Part shown: positions 30,743-41,631 of the stretch, one piece after another
Layout of the letters: each line of letters begins with the position of its first letter
Numbering within the stretch: position 1 is the stretch's first letter
NCBI GenBank assembly: GCA_965248835.1
Contig: CBDFLJ010000002.1
Span: 1,792,001-1,856,000 of the forward strand
Reading direction: 5' to 3'
Length of the DNA: 64,000 nucleotides
From: Alphaproteobacteria bacterium
Lineage (GTDB): Bacteria; Pseudomonadota; Alphaproteobacteria; MPNO01
Made by a program: the position numbers and the translations under genes
The notes under the pieces: model-generated
Told to the model about the DNA's origin: nothing
Databases searched by the model: none
The model's input: only the letters and a program-made list of their open reading frames with translations

Positions 30743-31528
30743 TCAGGCCTGGTCGAGATATTCGCGCAGGGCTTCGGGCGAAGGCTTGGCGAAACGCGCC
30801 CTGCGCGAGATGGCGATGCCGTCGGCCCGGCGCAGCTTGACCGCCGCCTCGGCGAGCTTGAGCAGTACCGAGACTCCGTTGAGCACCGGCGCGCCGCCGA
30901 CCCTGAGGTCGGGGTCGCCGCACAGCAGCAGCATCGGCAGCCCGCCGGCGGGGATCAGAATCTCGGCACCGGCTGCCAGCAACGGCTCCGCTTCGGCTTC
31001 GAACTGCGCCAGGACCGCCGCGCGTGCGGCCGGGTCCCGGAAGGCGGCCATGTAGTCGGCCGGCGAGGTCCTTACCGCCCGCACGCCGGCCGAGCGCGCC
31101 TCCAGCCCCTGGAGCCTGATCTGATCCTCGTGCCAGGGAACGTAAATCGGATCGATGGTGATCAGCCCGAAGCGGTGCCCGAGCAGGCAGGCGTAATGCA
31201 TCGACGCCTCGCCGAGACCGAGCACCGGGATGTCGACCGCCGACTTGACATCGACGATCCCACCCTCCTGGAAGTGGCCGACGGCAAACCCGTCGAAGCC
31301 TTCGCGCTCGGCCTGCAGCGCGTTGCGCAGCACCTGGCGGGCGCAGCGCGCCTCGGTCAAGCGGTGAAGCTGGGTCGAAGGCGGCACGATCCCGCGGATC
31401 CCGATCTCGGTGGCCGGATCGGCAATGCGCTCCAGATGCGCCTTGAGGATCTCGAAATAGGGACCGTGGACCTCGGGGTCGATGAAGCTCTGGTACCACA
31501 GGCGGATCGGACGGTCGTCCTGGGTCAT
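30743..31528 (-). CDS. Asp/Glu/hydantoin racemase family protein
   Basis: AEREGFD, VDIPVLGLGEAS, GAEILIP, PVLNG; canonical catalytic Cys pair not evident. Confidence 0.82.
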   Translation of the reverse strand: MTQDDRPIRLWYQSFIDPEVHGPYFEILKAHLERIADPATEIGIRGIVPPSTQLHRLTEARCARQVLRNALQAEREGFDGFAVGHFQEGGIVDVKSAVDIPVLGLGEASMHYACLLGHRFGLITIDPIYVPWHEDQIRLQGLEARSAGVRAVRTSPADYMAAFRDPAARAAVLAQFEAEAEPLLAAGAEILIPAGGLPMLLLCGDPDLRVGGAPVLNGVSVLLKLAEAAVKLRRADGIAISRRARFAKPSPEALREYLDQA

Positions 31529-31720
31529 GGCGGTCCCGTTGTCGGCGATCGGGCGGTGAAGTCTAACGCGCCCTGGTCCGTTAGAGTACCGGTGCGAAAC
31601 CGATATCCTATGGGACTGCCGTGACGCTCAAGGGCGCCGAGCGCGCCGCAAAACCGCGCTCGAGAAGGAGGATCTGCAGCGCCGGCAGCGCCACCGCGGT
31701 CATTGTCGAGATCGGCGGGC

Positions 31721-33244
31721 CTATTGGCCGATCCTGCCGCGCCGCATGCGGCTCGCCGCGACCAGGGCGTCGAAGTCCCGCTCGACCGTCTCATTGAGCG
31801 GCGAGGAGCCGTCATCGGGCAGGTCGAGATGGAGCCGACCGTCCTCGACCCGCAGGCGCGAGCGCTCCAGGATGTTGCCGGCCCCGCCGCTGACCCTGAA
31901 TGCGAGTCCCAGCGCCTGGCCGACGATCTCGCCGCGGCGCAGGTTGCGCTTGGACATCAGCCGGTAGACCGGCTGGACCTCCGGCTCGGCCGGATCGCCG
32001 CCATAGCGGATAAAGGCGACGAAGGCGAGGAACGCGCGCGCTTCGTGTCCGAGCCCGGCGAAGGGAAACCGCAGCAGCCGGTTGAAGGTCTGGATCGCAC
32101 GGTAACCCGGATGCTCGCGCCAACCGACATCGGCCAGGTGGCAAGCGACCAGCCGCAACCGGCGGCGGCCCTGATGGCGGCCCTCGAACAGCGGCTCGAT
32201 CCAGTCGAACAACACCTTGCCGGTGGCGCCGAAACGCGCCTCGCGCGCGGCCAGCGCCTCGGCTGCGACCATCACCGGGTCCAGCGCTCGTTCCGGCTCG
32301 CTCAACCGGGTGAACAGGAAGCCCTCGCGCAGGCCCTGGGCGGAGAACACGACCCGGTTGGTTGCTGAAGCGGCGAGCACTACGCGCATCAGGTCGCTGG
32401 CCAGCGGCAGAGTGTCGCGCCTGCGGCGGGCGATGCCGGGGATCCGATATAGCGAGCGCGGGCTTAGCGAGGCGATCAGGTCGGTGATATCGCGCATGTC
32501 GGCGGCCGACATCGCATAGCCGTCGATCATGTGCAGCGGATGGCCGGTATGAGCCATGTGCAGCCGTGCAACCGCGCGCCAGGCGCCGCCGACCGGATAG
32601 AAAGTCCGCCCCTTGCCGCCGCGCAGCCAGTCGATCTCGGAGACCGCGCCATCGATGCGCTCGAGCGCGCCGGCGCGGTCCGCCGCGTGCCCGGCGCGGA
32701 GCCGGAGGATGCCGAGCGGCAAGGTGGTGTGCCGGCGCAGCGCACCGTTGTGAACCTCGATCAACTCCAGGCTGCCGCCGCCGAGGTCGCCGATGATCCC
32801 ATCGGCGTTGGGGATCGCCGAAATCACGCCCAGGGCCGAGATACGCGCCTCGTCCTCGCCGGTCAGAACCGTAACGGGCTCGCCGCAGATGCGCAGCACC
32901 TGCTCGGCGAAGTCCGCGCCGTTGACCGCATCGCGCACCGCCGCGGTAGCGATCAACGAAAGCTGCCGGACACCCATGCCGCGGGCGAGCCGGCTGAACC
33001 GATTGATCGAGCGCAGCGCCTCCTCGATCGCGGCCGGGCTCAGGCGGTCGGCGCGCTCGAGGTCGCGGCCCAGCCCGCAGAACGCGCTCTCGTTGAACAT
33101 CACCAGCGGCGCCCGCGAGACACCGTCATAGACCACGAGCCTGACGGTGTTCGATCCGATATCGACGACACCGACGGGCCGCCCGGCAGCCACCCCGGCA
33201 TCGCTCCCGGGCGCGGCACCGAACATGCGCGCCGGTTCACTCAT
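31721..33244 (-). CDS. ppx: Exopolyphosphatase Ppx/GppA
   Basis: VDIGSNTVRL, ATAAVRDA, DLGGGSLE, HD-like C-terminal domain. Confidence 0.94.
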   Translation of the reverse strand: MSEPARMFGAAPGSDAGVAAGRPVGVVDIGSNTVRLVVYDGVSRAPLVMFNESAFCGLGRDLERADRLSPAAIEEALRSINRFSRLARGMGVRQLSLIATAAVRDAVNGADFAEQVLRICGEPVTVLTGEDEARISALGVISAIPNADGIIGDLGGGSLELIEVHNGALRRHTTLPLGILRLRAGHAADRAGALERIDGAVSEIDWLRGGKGRTFYPVGGAWRAVARLHMAHTGHPLHMIDGYAMSAADMRDITDLIASLSPRSLYRIPGIARRRRDTLPLASDLMRVVLAASATNRVVFSAQGLREGFLFTRLSEPERALDPVMVAAEALAAREARFGATGKVLFDWIEPLFEGRHQGRRRLRLVACHLADVGWREHPGYRAIQTFNRLLRFPFAGLGHEARAFLAFVAFIRYGGDPAEPEVQPVYRLMSKRNLRRGEIVGQALGLAFRVSGGAGNILERSRLRVEDGRLHLDLPDDGSSPLNETVERDFDALVAASRMRRGRIGQ

Positions 33245-33261
33245 CGCCGTAGGGTCATCGT

Positions 33262-35454
33262 TCAGGCCGATTCCTTCACCTGACCCTTGTGCACCGCGCT
33301 GCCGCGTCCGGAAAGACTCGGGTTGGTCATGAAGTAGTCGTGCGCGCTGAAGGCGCCTGCTCCCGCCTCGACCCGCCGGTACCCGCCATCGGCCTCGAGC
33401 TCCCAGCTTTGCGCCTGATCGAGCATGTTGGCCTGCATGATCCGGCCGAGCACCTGCTGATGGACCGTCCGGTTGATGACCGGAATCAGCGTTTCGACGC
33501 GCCGGTCGAGGTTGCGCGGCATCCAGTCGGCCGAGGAGATATAGACTTTCGCCTGCGGCGAACCGCTCTCGTGACCGGCGCCGAAGCACACGATCCGGCT
33601 ATGCTCGAGGAACCGGCCGATGATCGACTTGACGCGGATGTTCTCCGACATGCCGGGCACGTTCGGACGCAGACAGCAGATACCGCGGACGACGAGATCG
33701 ATTTCCACACCGGCCCGGGAGGCGGCGTAGAGGCGGTCGATCACCTCGCCGTCGACCAGGGAGTTCAGCTTGGCGAGGATCCAGGCCGGTTTTCCGGCCC
33801 GCGCGTTGTCGATCTCCTGGTCGATCAGCCCCAGCAGGGTCTCGCGCAGGTTGATCGGCGAGACCGCGATGTGCTCGGTCCTGCCCGGCTCGCCGGTGCC
33901 GGTCATGTAGTTGAACAGTTTCGCCGCGTCGCGGCACATCGTCTTGTCGCACGTAAAATACGACAAGTCGGTGTAGATCCGCGCGTTGACCGGATGATAG
34001 TTGCCGGTCCCGAAATGAACGTAGGTCTGCAGGCCGTTATGCTCCCGGCGAACGACCAGCGACACCTTGGCGTGGGTCTTCAACCGGACGAAACCGAAGA
34101 CCACCTGGGCGCCGGCCCGTTCGAGGTCGCGGGCCCAGCGGATGTTGCGCTCCTCGTCGAAGCGGGCCTTGAGCTCGACCAGGGCGGTGACCGACTTGCC
34201 GGCCTCGGCGGCGTCGAGCAGCGCGCGGACGATCGGCGAGTTCTCGCCCGTCCGGTAGAGCGTCTGCTTGATCGCCACCACGTCGGGGTCCTCGGCCGCC
34301 TGGCGCAGGAACCGTGCGACGACATCGAAGCTTTCATAGGGGTGATGGACGATGATGTCCTTCTGGCGGATCGCCGCGAAACAGTCGCCGTCATAGTCCT
34401 GGATGCGCTCGGGAAAGCGCGGCGTATGGGGCTTGAAGACCAGATCCGGGCGATCGCCCACGATGAGCTGGCTGGTCTCGGCCAGCCCCAGCAGGCCGTC
34501 GACATCGAAGACGTCCTCGTCGACCACGCCGAGGCTGTTGATCAGGAAGGTGCGGAGCTGCGGCGGCACGTCGGCATTGATCTTCAGCCTGATCACCGAG
34601 CCCAGCCGGCGCTTGCGAAGCAGCTCCTCTGACTCGCGCACCAGGTCCTCGGCCTCCTCCTCGATCTCGATATCGCTGTTGCGGATGACCCGGAAGACCC
34701 CGATGTTGCGGATCTCGAAGCCGGGAAAGAGTTGATCGAGGTAGATCTGCACGATCTGCTCGAGCGCGATGAACGCGGCCTTTCGCGTCGGCAGCCGCAC
34801 GAAGCGGTCGATCGCCGGCGGCAGGGCGACCAGCCCGGCCAGCTCCTCCTCGTCGCCGGGCCGTTTCATGCTAAGCACCAGCGAGAAGCCGAAATTGGGG
34901 ATGAACGGAAACGGATGCGCCGGATCGATCGCGACCGGGGTCAGCACGGGAAAGATCTGGTCGATGAAATGGCTCGATAGCCAGGCGCCCTCCTCCGCGC
35001 CGAGATCTTCGGGATCGAGCACCTCGATCCCCGCCTCGCCGATCGCGACCCGAAGGTCGCGCCAGCAGCGCTGCTGCTCGCGCATAAGGACATGGGCGCG
35101 TTCATTGATCGCTTTAAGCTGGGCGCTCGGGGTCAGGTCGTCCTGGCTGGGGGTGGTGACGCCGGATTCGACCTGGCCCTTGAGGCCGCCGACCCGGACC
35201 ATGAAGAACTCCTCCAGATTGGCCGCGGAGATCGACAGGAACCGGAGCCTTTCCAGCACGGGATGAGCGGGGTTCCAGGCCTCTTCGAGAACCCGCTCGT
35301 TGAAGGCGAGCCAGGACAGCTCGCGGTTTATGAATCGAGCCGGGCTGGCGAGCAACGCCGCCCCGTCGGAATATGCCGAGACGGTCGAGGCAGGCTCGAC
35401 CACGTCGACCGGCGCGTCTACCATCAACTGGTCATCCCGATCTGCGTCATCCAT
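33262..35454 (-). CDS. ppk1: Polyphosphate kinase 1
   Basis: [32 protein letters not shown]. Confidence 0.96.
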   Translation of the reverse strand: MDDADRDDQLMVDAPVDVVEPASTVSAYSDGAALLASPARFINRELSWLAFNERVLEEAWNPAHPVLERLRFLSISAANLEEFFMVRVGGLKGQVESGVTTPSQDDLTPSAQLKAINERAHVLMREQQRCWRDLRVAIGEAGIEVLDPEDLGAEEGAWLSSHFIDQIFPVLTPVAIDPAHPFPFIPNFGFSLVLSMKRPGDEEELAGLVALPPAIDRFVRLPTRKAAFIALEQIVQIYLDQLFPGFEIRNIGVFRVIRNSDIEIEEEAEDLVRESEELLRKRRLGSVIRLKINADVPPQLRTFLINSLGVVDEDVFDVDGLLGLAETSQLIVGDRPDLVFKPHTPRFPERIQDYDGDCFAAIRQKDIIVHHPYESFDVVARFLRQAAEDPDVVAIKQTLYRTGENSPIVRALLDAAEAGKSVTALVELKARFDEERNIRWARDLERAGAQVVFGFVRLKTHAKVSLVVRREHNGLQTYVHFGTGNYHPVNARIYTDLSYFTCDKTMCRDAAKLFNYMTGTGEPGRTEHIAVSPINLRETLLGLIDQEIDNARAGKPAWILAKLNSLVDGEVIDRLYAASRAGVEIDLVVRGICCLRPNVPGMSENIRVKSIIGRFLEHSRIVCFGAGHESGSPQAKVYISSADWMPRNLDRRVETLIPVINRTVHQQVLGRIMQANMLDQAQSWELEADGGYRRVEAGAGAFSAHDYFMTNPSLSGRGSAVHKGQVKESA

Positions 35455-35570
35455 GGCGATCGATCACAGCAGCCCCAGTGGCACGGAAGGGTTTATATTT
35501 TCGTGACGATCGTCAAGCCGCGCCTGGTCCCCGAAGCGATCTCCGGCGCTCGCGAACCAAGTGGAAGGTC

Positions 35571-36140
35571 ATGCGCAGGCTCTATCTGCTAAGGCACGCG
35601 AAGTCCGACTGGTCCGATGGGATCCTGGAGGACTTCGACAGACCGCTGTCCGAGAGGGGCCGGCGTGATGCGCCGCTGATCGGCGCCTACCTCGCCGCGT
35701 GCGCGGCGTCACCCGGGCTGGTGCTGTGCTCTTCCGCACGGCGCACCGTCCAGACTTGGGATCTCATCGGCCGCCGGCTGGACGGCGCACCACGGTGCGA
35801 ACTGCGCGAAGACCTCTATCTCGCCACACCGGACCGGATCATCGCCGCGATCCGCAGCGTCGACGAGGCGGCGGACTCGATGATGCTGATCGGGCACAAT
35901 CCGGGCATCCACGCCGCCGCGGTGAGCCTGGCTGCCGCGGGCACGGATCGTCTGGTCAGCCGGATGCGTCTGAAATATCCGACCGGGGCTCTGGCGGTCA
36001 TCGACTTCGAAACGGCGCGCTGGGGCGATATCGGGCCGCGGGCGGGATCGCTGGAGAGCTTCGTGCGGCCAAAGGATCTGCGCGGTCCGGATGCCGCCGC
36101 CCGGCTTGCGCGTGGCCGCCGGTTGGCCGAGACTTCCTGA
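35571..36140 (+). CDS. sixA: SixA-like histidine phosphatase
   Basis: LLRHAKSDW, DFDRPL, IGHNP. Confidence 0.88.
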   Translation: MRRLYLLRHAKSDWSDGILEDFDRPLSERGRRDAPLIGAYLAACAASPGLVLCSSARRTVQTWDLIGRRLDGAPRCELREDLYLATPDRIIAAIRSVDEAADSMMLIGHNPGIHAAAVSLAAAGTDRLVSRMRLKYPTGALAVIDFETARWGDIGPRAGSLESFVRPKDLRGPDAAARLARGRRLAETS

Positions 36141-36166
36141 TAAGAATTGTTCGACGGAGCCCGCGA

Positions 36167-37411
36167 ATGCACCCGGTACAACTGTTTTGCTGGCACTTCA
36201 TGGCCTACCCCTACCTGCCGGCGGACTTCGACGAGCGCTACGACACCGGCTGGGTGACGGTGCCCAACGCGCTGTGGGACCGCGAAAGGACCGACGGCCT
36301 CTATCAGGACTATATCGACCAGCTCGTCTACGGCGAGGAGCTCGGCTTCGACGGGTTGGTGCTGAACGAGCACCACCAGAACATCTACGGGTTGATGCCC
36401 TCGCCCAACGTGATCGCCGCGGCGCTGACCCAGCGGACCGACCGGGCGAAGCTGGTGGTCCTGGGCAACCTGCTGCCGCTGCACCTCAACCCGCTGCGGG
36501 TGGCCGAGGAGTACGCGATGATCGATTCGATCAGCGGCGGGCGCCTGATCGCCGGGTTCGCGGTGGGCGGCGGTCCGGAGGCCTACAACTACAATGTCCC
36601 CTCGCCGCAGTCGCGCGGGCGGTTCTACGAGGCCATCGACCTGATCATCCGGACCTGGACCGAGGACGGCCCGTTCGAGCACGAGGGGCCGAACTACCCT
36701 TTGCGCTACGTCAACATCTGGCCCAAGCCGCGGCAGGTGCCGCACCCGCCGGTCTGGGTGCCCGGCAGTTTGAGCACGGAAACCATGACCTTCTGCGCCC
36801 AGCGCGGCTTCGACTATTTCCTGTCCTCACGCACCCATGGGGCGGCGACCCGCATGGCGCGCGAGCGGTTCTCCGCGATCCTGAACGACCATGCAGACAG
36901 CTACCATCCGTTCCGGATGGGGGTGCTGCTGTCGGTCTATGTCGCCGAGACGGACGAGCAAGCCAAGGCGGAATCCCGCGAAGGGGTCTGGTATTTCCTC
37001 AAATACTGCCTGAAGGGTCATTTGCGCCGTATCGGCCGGACGCTGACATTCGGGGCGGGCGTGCCGTCCCAGTCGGTCTCCTCGTGGGAAGCGTTCCTCA
37101 GGAACTCGACGCCGGGCGCACCCATGCTGGGCGATGCCGACAGCTGGGAGGAGCTGGAGCAGATGGCATCGATCATCGTCGGCAGCCCGGCCACGGTGAT
37201 CGAGCGGCTGTGGCCGCTGATCGAAGAGGCGCGCGTCGGCAACCTCTTGATCCAGTTCCATTTCGGCAACATGGACGGCGATCTGGCGCGCGAGAGCATG
37301 CGGCTGTTTGCAACCGAGGTCGCGCCGGAACTGCGCGCGCGCTCGGCCGCCCTGTTCGACCGCGAGTATCCGATGCTGCAGGATCTGCCGGCCGCCGGTG
37401 CGGCCGAATGA
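36167..37411 (+). CDS. LLM-class flavin-dependent oxidoreductase
   Basis: GFDGLVLNEHH, PLRVAEEYAMID..SGGRL. Confidence 0.92.
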   Translation: MHPVQLFCWHFMAYPYLPADFDERYDTGWVTVPNALWDRERTDGLYQDYIDQLVYGEELGFDGLVLNEHHQNIYGLMPSPNVIAAALTQRTDRAKLVVLGNLLPLHLNPLRVAEEYAMIDSISGGRLIAGFAVGGGPEAYNYNVPSPQSRGRFYEAIDLIIRTWTEDGPFEHEGPNYPLRYVNIWPKPRQVPHPPVWVPGSLSTETMTFCAQRGFDYFLSSRTHGAATRMARERFSAILNDHADSYHPFRMGVLLSVYVAETDEQAKAESREGVWYFLKYCLKGHLRRIGRTLTFGAGVPSQSVSSWEAFLRNSTPGAPMLGDADSWEELEQMASIIVGSPATVIERLWPLIEEARVGNLLIQFHFGNMDGDLARESMRLFATEVAPELRARSAALFDREYPMLQDLPAAGAAE

Positions 37412-38226
37412 CCGGACGGGCGATCACGCTGAGCAGGGACCGCACGGTGTGGCTGGCCGAGGCCGGCAGCGGCCTGCCCCTGGTCTATCTCCACGGCATC
37501 GCGGACGTCCACGGCGCGGCCTTCGACCTTCTGCCCTTCCACCGGGCGCTTGCCCAGGGCTGCACGGTCATCGCACCCGCCCACCCGGGCTGCGCGGAGA
37601 CCACCGAGGACGAGACGATCGAGACCATCGACGACCTGGTCTTTCACTATCTCGAGGTGCTGGACGCGCTGGATGTGGATGCGTTCGAGCTGGTCGGCGC
37701 GTGCATCGGCGGATGGATCGCCGCCGAGATCGCCATCCGCCACCCCGACCGGGTGCGCGGGCTTACCCTGATCGGCGCCACCGGGCTGTTCGTCTCCGGC
37801 GCGCCGATCGCCGATGTGTTCTGGGAGACCCACCCGACCGACGGCGTCTCGCTCGCTCCGCTGCGCCGGCTGTTGTTCGGCGACGGCGATTGCGATGCCG
37901 CGCGGGCCATGTTCCCCGACATGCGCGGCGAGATCGACCAGGAGCTGTTGCGCTACAAGCTCTTCCGCTTCGCATCGCGGATCGGCTTCAGCCCACCCTA
38001 TCTCTACAACCGGTCACTGGTCGACCGTCTGAGCCGCTACCGCGGCCCGTCGCTTGCAGTCTGGGGCGCGGACGACCGCATGGTCCCGCGCAGCCATGCC
38101 GAGACCTATGCGCGGGGGTTGGGTGATGCCCGGCTGGAGATCGTTGCCGACGGCGGCCACAGCATCCATGTCGAGCGGCCCGAAGAGGTCGCGGCACTGG
38201 TCGAGGCCTTCCTCGCGGCCCGATGA
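37408..38226 (+). CDS. Alpha/beta hydrolase
   Basis: YLHG, GACIGG, WGADD, GGHSIHVE; ATGA-coupled to the LLM gene. Confidence 0.88.
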   Translation: MTGRAITLSRDRTVWLAEAGSGLPLVYLHGIADVHGAAFDLLPFHRALAQGCTVIAPAHPGCAETTEDETIETIDDLVFHYLEVLDALDVDAFELVGACIGGWIAAEIAIRHPDRVRGLTLIGATGLFVSGAPIADVFWETHPTDGVSLAPLRRLLFGDGDCDAARAMFPDMRGEIDQELLRYKLFRFASRIGFSPPYLYNRSLVDRLSRYRGPSLAVWGADDRMVPRSHAETYARGLGDARLEIVADGGHSIHVERPEEVAALVEAFLAAR

Positions 38227-38729
38227 TCAGGGCCTGCACCCGGGCCGATTTCGAGCGCACGCTCGCCATCATCAACGCGGCCGCCGAGGCCTATCGCGGC
38301 ATCATCCCGGCCGATCGTTGGCAGGAGCCTTACATGCCGGCCGAGGCGCTGGCGCACGAGATCGAAGCGGGCATCGCCTTCGACGGCTACGAGGTGGAGG
38401 GGCCGGGACTCGTCGGCGTGATGGGAGTCCAGCCGGTCCAGGACGTGACCCTGATCCGCCACGCCTACGTCGATCCCGGCCATCAGCGCTCGGGCATCGG
38501 CTCGTCGCTGCTGCAAGGGCTGCTGCGGCGCCAGGACATGCCGGTCCTGATCGGCACCTGGGCCGCGGCGACCTGGGCGATCGCGTTCTACCGCCGGCAC
38601 GGGTTCACGCTGATCCGAGAGCCGGAGAAGTCCGCCCTGCTGCGGCGTTACTGGACTATCCCCGAGCGCCAGATCGAGACCTCGGTGGTGCTGGCCGATC
38701 CGGTATGGTGCGCGCGGGCCGATGGCTGA
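38223..38729 (+). CDS. GNAT N-acetyltransferase
   Basis: YVDP.HQRSGIGS motif A, FYRRHGF. Confidence 0.9.
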   Translation: MIRACTRADFERTLAIINAAAEAYRGIIPADRWQEPYMPAEALAHEIEAGIAFDGYEVEGPGLVGVMGVQPVQDVTLIRHAYVDPGHQRSGIGSSLLQGLLRRQDMPVLIGTWAAATWAIAFYRRHGFTLIREPEKSALLRRYWTIPERQIETSVVLADPVWCARADG

Positions 38730-39936
38730 GCCGCCGGTGCTGATCGCGGGCGCCGGGCCGGTCGGGCTGATGCTGGCGCTCGGGCTCGCCAGGGCGGGCC
38801 ACCCGGTCGAGGTCTTCGAGGCCCGTCCCGATCAGCACGACCAGCCGCGGGCCGCGACCATCCACCCTTCGACCCTCGACATGATGGACGACTACGGCCT
38901 GTACGCGGAGATCGAGCCGCAGGGCCTGGTCGCGCCCATCGTCCATTATTGGGACCGCGCGGCCGACGCGCTGATCGCCGCGTTCGACCACGCGGTGCTT
39001 GACGGCGAGACCCGCCATCCCTGGGTGTTGCAGTGCGAGCAGAACAAGATCGAGCAGTCCGCCTACGACCTCCTGCGCGCATTCCCCCACGCCGCGGTCC
39101 ATTTCGCAACGCCGCTGGTCGGGCTGAGCCAGGGCCCGGACGCGGTGAGCGCGACGGTGGCGGGTCCGGACGGCACCACACGCACCGTAAGCGGCCGCTA
39201 CCTCGTCGGCTGCGACGGCGGCAGATCGGTGGTGCGCGAGACCCTCGGCATCGCCTTCGAGGGCTTCACCTATGCCGACCGGGCGGTGATCATCGGCACG
39301 CCGTTCGACTTCATGGCAGCCAAGGGTTATGCGCTGCGCAACTACTTCTCCGACCCTGACCAGTGGGCCAACCTGTTCAAGATCTCCTGGACCGGCTCGC
39401 CCGGGGTATGGCGTCTGGTGCTGCCGACGCGGCCGGAAGAGCCGGAAGAGGAGATCCTTTCGCAGGCCGGCCTTCAGGAGCGGCTGCAGCGCTTCCATCG
39501 GCTCGACGGCGATTACGAGATCACGCTGGCGAACCTCTATACCGTCCACCAGAGGGTCGCCGCGGACTTCCGCAAGGGACGGATCGTGCTGGCCGGCGAT
39601 GCCGCGCATATCAACAGCCCGATCGGCGGGCTCGGCATGAACACCGGCCTCCACGACGCGGTGAACCTGGCGGAGAAGCTGGATCGGTTGCTGCGCGGCG
39701 AGGCCGAGGACGCCATTCTCGACCGGTACACCCGCCAGCGCCGCCATGTCGCGCTTGCCCACACCAAGGCCCAGACCATGCGCAACAAGCAGCGGCTGGA
39801 GGCCCGCGACCCGGCGGTCCGCAAGAGAAACCACGACGCGTTGCGCGCGGCGTCGCGTGATCCGCCGCGCGCCAAGGCGTTTCTGATGCGAACCGCCCTG
39901 ATCGACGGCGTCCGCGAAGCCGCGCTGATCGAATAG
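38722..39936 (+). CDS. FAD-dependent monooxygenase (MhpA-like family)
   Basis: GAGPVG, GCDGGRS, AGDAAH...GG.GMNTG. Confidence 0.92.
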   Translation: MAEPPVLIAGAGPVGLMLALGLARAGHPVEVFEARPDQHDQPRAATIHPSTLDMMDDYGLYAEIEPQGLVAPIVHYWDRAADALIAAFDHAVLDGETRHPWVLQCEQNKIEQSAYDLLRAFPHAAVHFATPLVGLSQGPDAVSATVAGPDGTTRTVSGRYLVGCDGGRSVVRETLGIAFEGFTYADRAVIIGTPFDFMAAKGYALRNYFSDPDQWANLFKISWTGSPGVWRLVLPTRPEEPEEEILSQAGLQERLQRFHRLDGDYEITLANLYTVHQRVAADFRKGRIVLAGDAAHINSPIGGLGMNTGLHDAVNLAEKLDRLLRGEAEDAILDRYTRQRRHVALAHTKAQTMRNKQRLEARDPAVRKRNHDALRAASRDPPRAKAFLMRTALIDGVREAALIE

Positions 39937-40046
39937 CGCCCCGGGCGGCGCTTCGGGCGGCGCACCGACGATGGTTGCCGCGGACCGGCGGCGTGCCCAA
40001 TATGCCCGGGTCCCGAACGACACGGAATGTTTCGCCGGAGGTGCGC

Positions 40047-41621
40047 ATGAGCGGTGGGGTCGTGCCCGAAGGCTACCGGGTCTATCCGCCCAGGGTGAAC
40101 ATGTATGCCGAGACTGTGGGGCGTTCGATTGCCGCCGGCTGCGGCGCGATGCCGGCCCTGGTCTGGGACGGCGGCGCGCTGACATACGACGCGCTCGACC
40201 GGGCGGTCGGGCGGGTCGCCGCCGGGCTCCTTGAAGCCGGTCTCAACCAGGGCGATACGATCCTTCTGCGGTCCAACAATCGGCCGGAATCTCCGATCCT
40301 GGCGCTCGCCGCCTTTCGGGTGGGCGCGGTGGCGGTGATGTCGAGCTCGCTGCTGCTCCAGGACGAGGTCGGGTATCTCCTGGAGAACTCCGGCGCGCGG
40401 TTCGCCGCAGCGCCGGCCGATCTCGCCGCACCGCTGGCGGCGCTGCTCGCCGGGGGCGCGCTCGACCGGCTGATCGTGGTCGACGGGCCGGCCGAGACCC
40501 CGGGCCAGATCCCCTACGCGTCCTTCGAGACCAGGGAGCCGATCGGATGGACGGCCGATACCGAGGCGATGGCGCCGGCCTTCATGGTCTATTCATCGGG
40601 CACCACGGGCCGGCCCAAGGGCATATTGCACGGCCACCGCTGGGCGATCACGCTGGGCGATCCGGTGGTGCTGTACAACGAATACGAGCCCGGTGACGTG
40701 ACGATGACGCCGGGCGAATTCAGCTTCATGGGCACTTTCGGCAACAACTTCATCGGCCCGTTGCGCGCGGGCGCAACGATTGCGCTCTATTTCGGGCGCA
40801 CCACCCCCCGCGCGGTCCTCGAGGCGGTGGCGCGGTTCAAGGTGAACAAGTTCCTGAGCGTGCCGACCTTCTACCGCCGGGTGCTGGCCGAGCCCGGCGC
40901 CGAGGACGGGCTCGACCTTTCGGCAGTGCGCTTTTTCACCAGCGCCGGGGAGTCGCTCGGCTCCACCGTGCCCGAGCAATGGTCGCTGCGCTTCGAATTC
41001 CCGATCTACGAGATCTACGGTGTTTCCGAGGTCATGACATGCATGGCCAACACCGCCTACGACGAGGTCAGGTGGGGCTCGATGGGCAAGGCCTTGCCGG
41101 GCTATCGGATGGCGATCATGGACGACCGGCTGGAGGAGGTCGCAGTCGGCGAGCAGGGCCGGCTGATGATCCACCGCGACGATCCCGGCATGTTCCTGTG
41201 CTACCACAACCAATGGGAGAAATGGCAGGCCGCCCACAAGGGTGCGTGGTACGACACCGGCGACGTGATGCGCCAGGACGAGGACGGCTATTACTACTAC
41301 CTCGGACGCAAGGACGACCTGTTCAAGTCGCGCGGCTATTTCATCTCGCCGCAGGAGGTGGAGAACGCGCTGCTGAAGCATCCGGCGATCGCCGAGGCCG
41401 CGGTGATCGGCATCCCGGACGATGCCTACGGCAACCGGATCGCGGCCTTCGCCAGGCTCGCCGGCGGCAGCGCCCCGTCGGCGGCGCTGAGCGAAGAGGT
41501 GCTCGCCCAGACCGCTCGGCGGCTTGCGCCCTACAAGCTGCCCAAATCGCTGGCGTTCCTCGAGGAGATCCCCAAGAACGCGGTCGGCAAGATCCTGCGC
41601 AGCGCGCTGCCGAGACAGTGA
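40047..41621 (+). CDS. Acyl/aryl-CoA synthetase
   Basis: YSSGTTGRPKG, YGVSE, YDTGD, GKILR. Confidence 0.92.
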   Translation: MSGGVVPEGYRVYPPRVNMYAETVGRSIAAGCGAMPALVWDGGALTYDALDRAVGRVAAGLLEAGLNQGDTILLRSNNRPESPILALAAFRVGAVAVMSSSLLLQDEVGYLLENSGARFAAAPADLAAPLAALLAGGALDRLIVVDGPAETPGQIPYASFETREPIGWTADTEAMAPAFMVYSSGTTGRPKGILHGHRWAITLGDPVVLYNEYEPGDVTMTPGEFSFMGTFGNNFIGPLRAGATIALYFGRTTPRAVLEAVARFKVNKFLSVPTFYRRVLAEPGAEDGLDLSAVRFFTSAGESLGSTVPEQWSLRFEFPIYEIYGVSEVMTCMANTAYDEVRWGSMGKALPGYRMAIMDDRLEEVAVGEQGRLMIHRDDPGMFLCYHNQWEKWQAAHKGAWYDTGDVMRQDEDGYYYYLGRKDDLFKSRGYFISPQEVENALLKHPAIAEAAVIGIPDDAYGNRIAAFARLAGGSAPSAALSEEVLAQTARRLAPYKLPKSLAFLEEIPKNAVGKILRSALPRQ

Positions 41622-41631
41622 GCGCAGCCGC

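Noticed and set aside
31721-36140. ppk1-ppx-sixA cluster as a novel system
   Set aside because: Common polyphosphate gene arrangement
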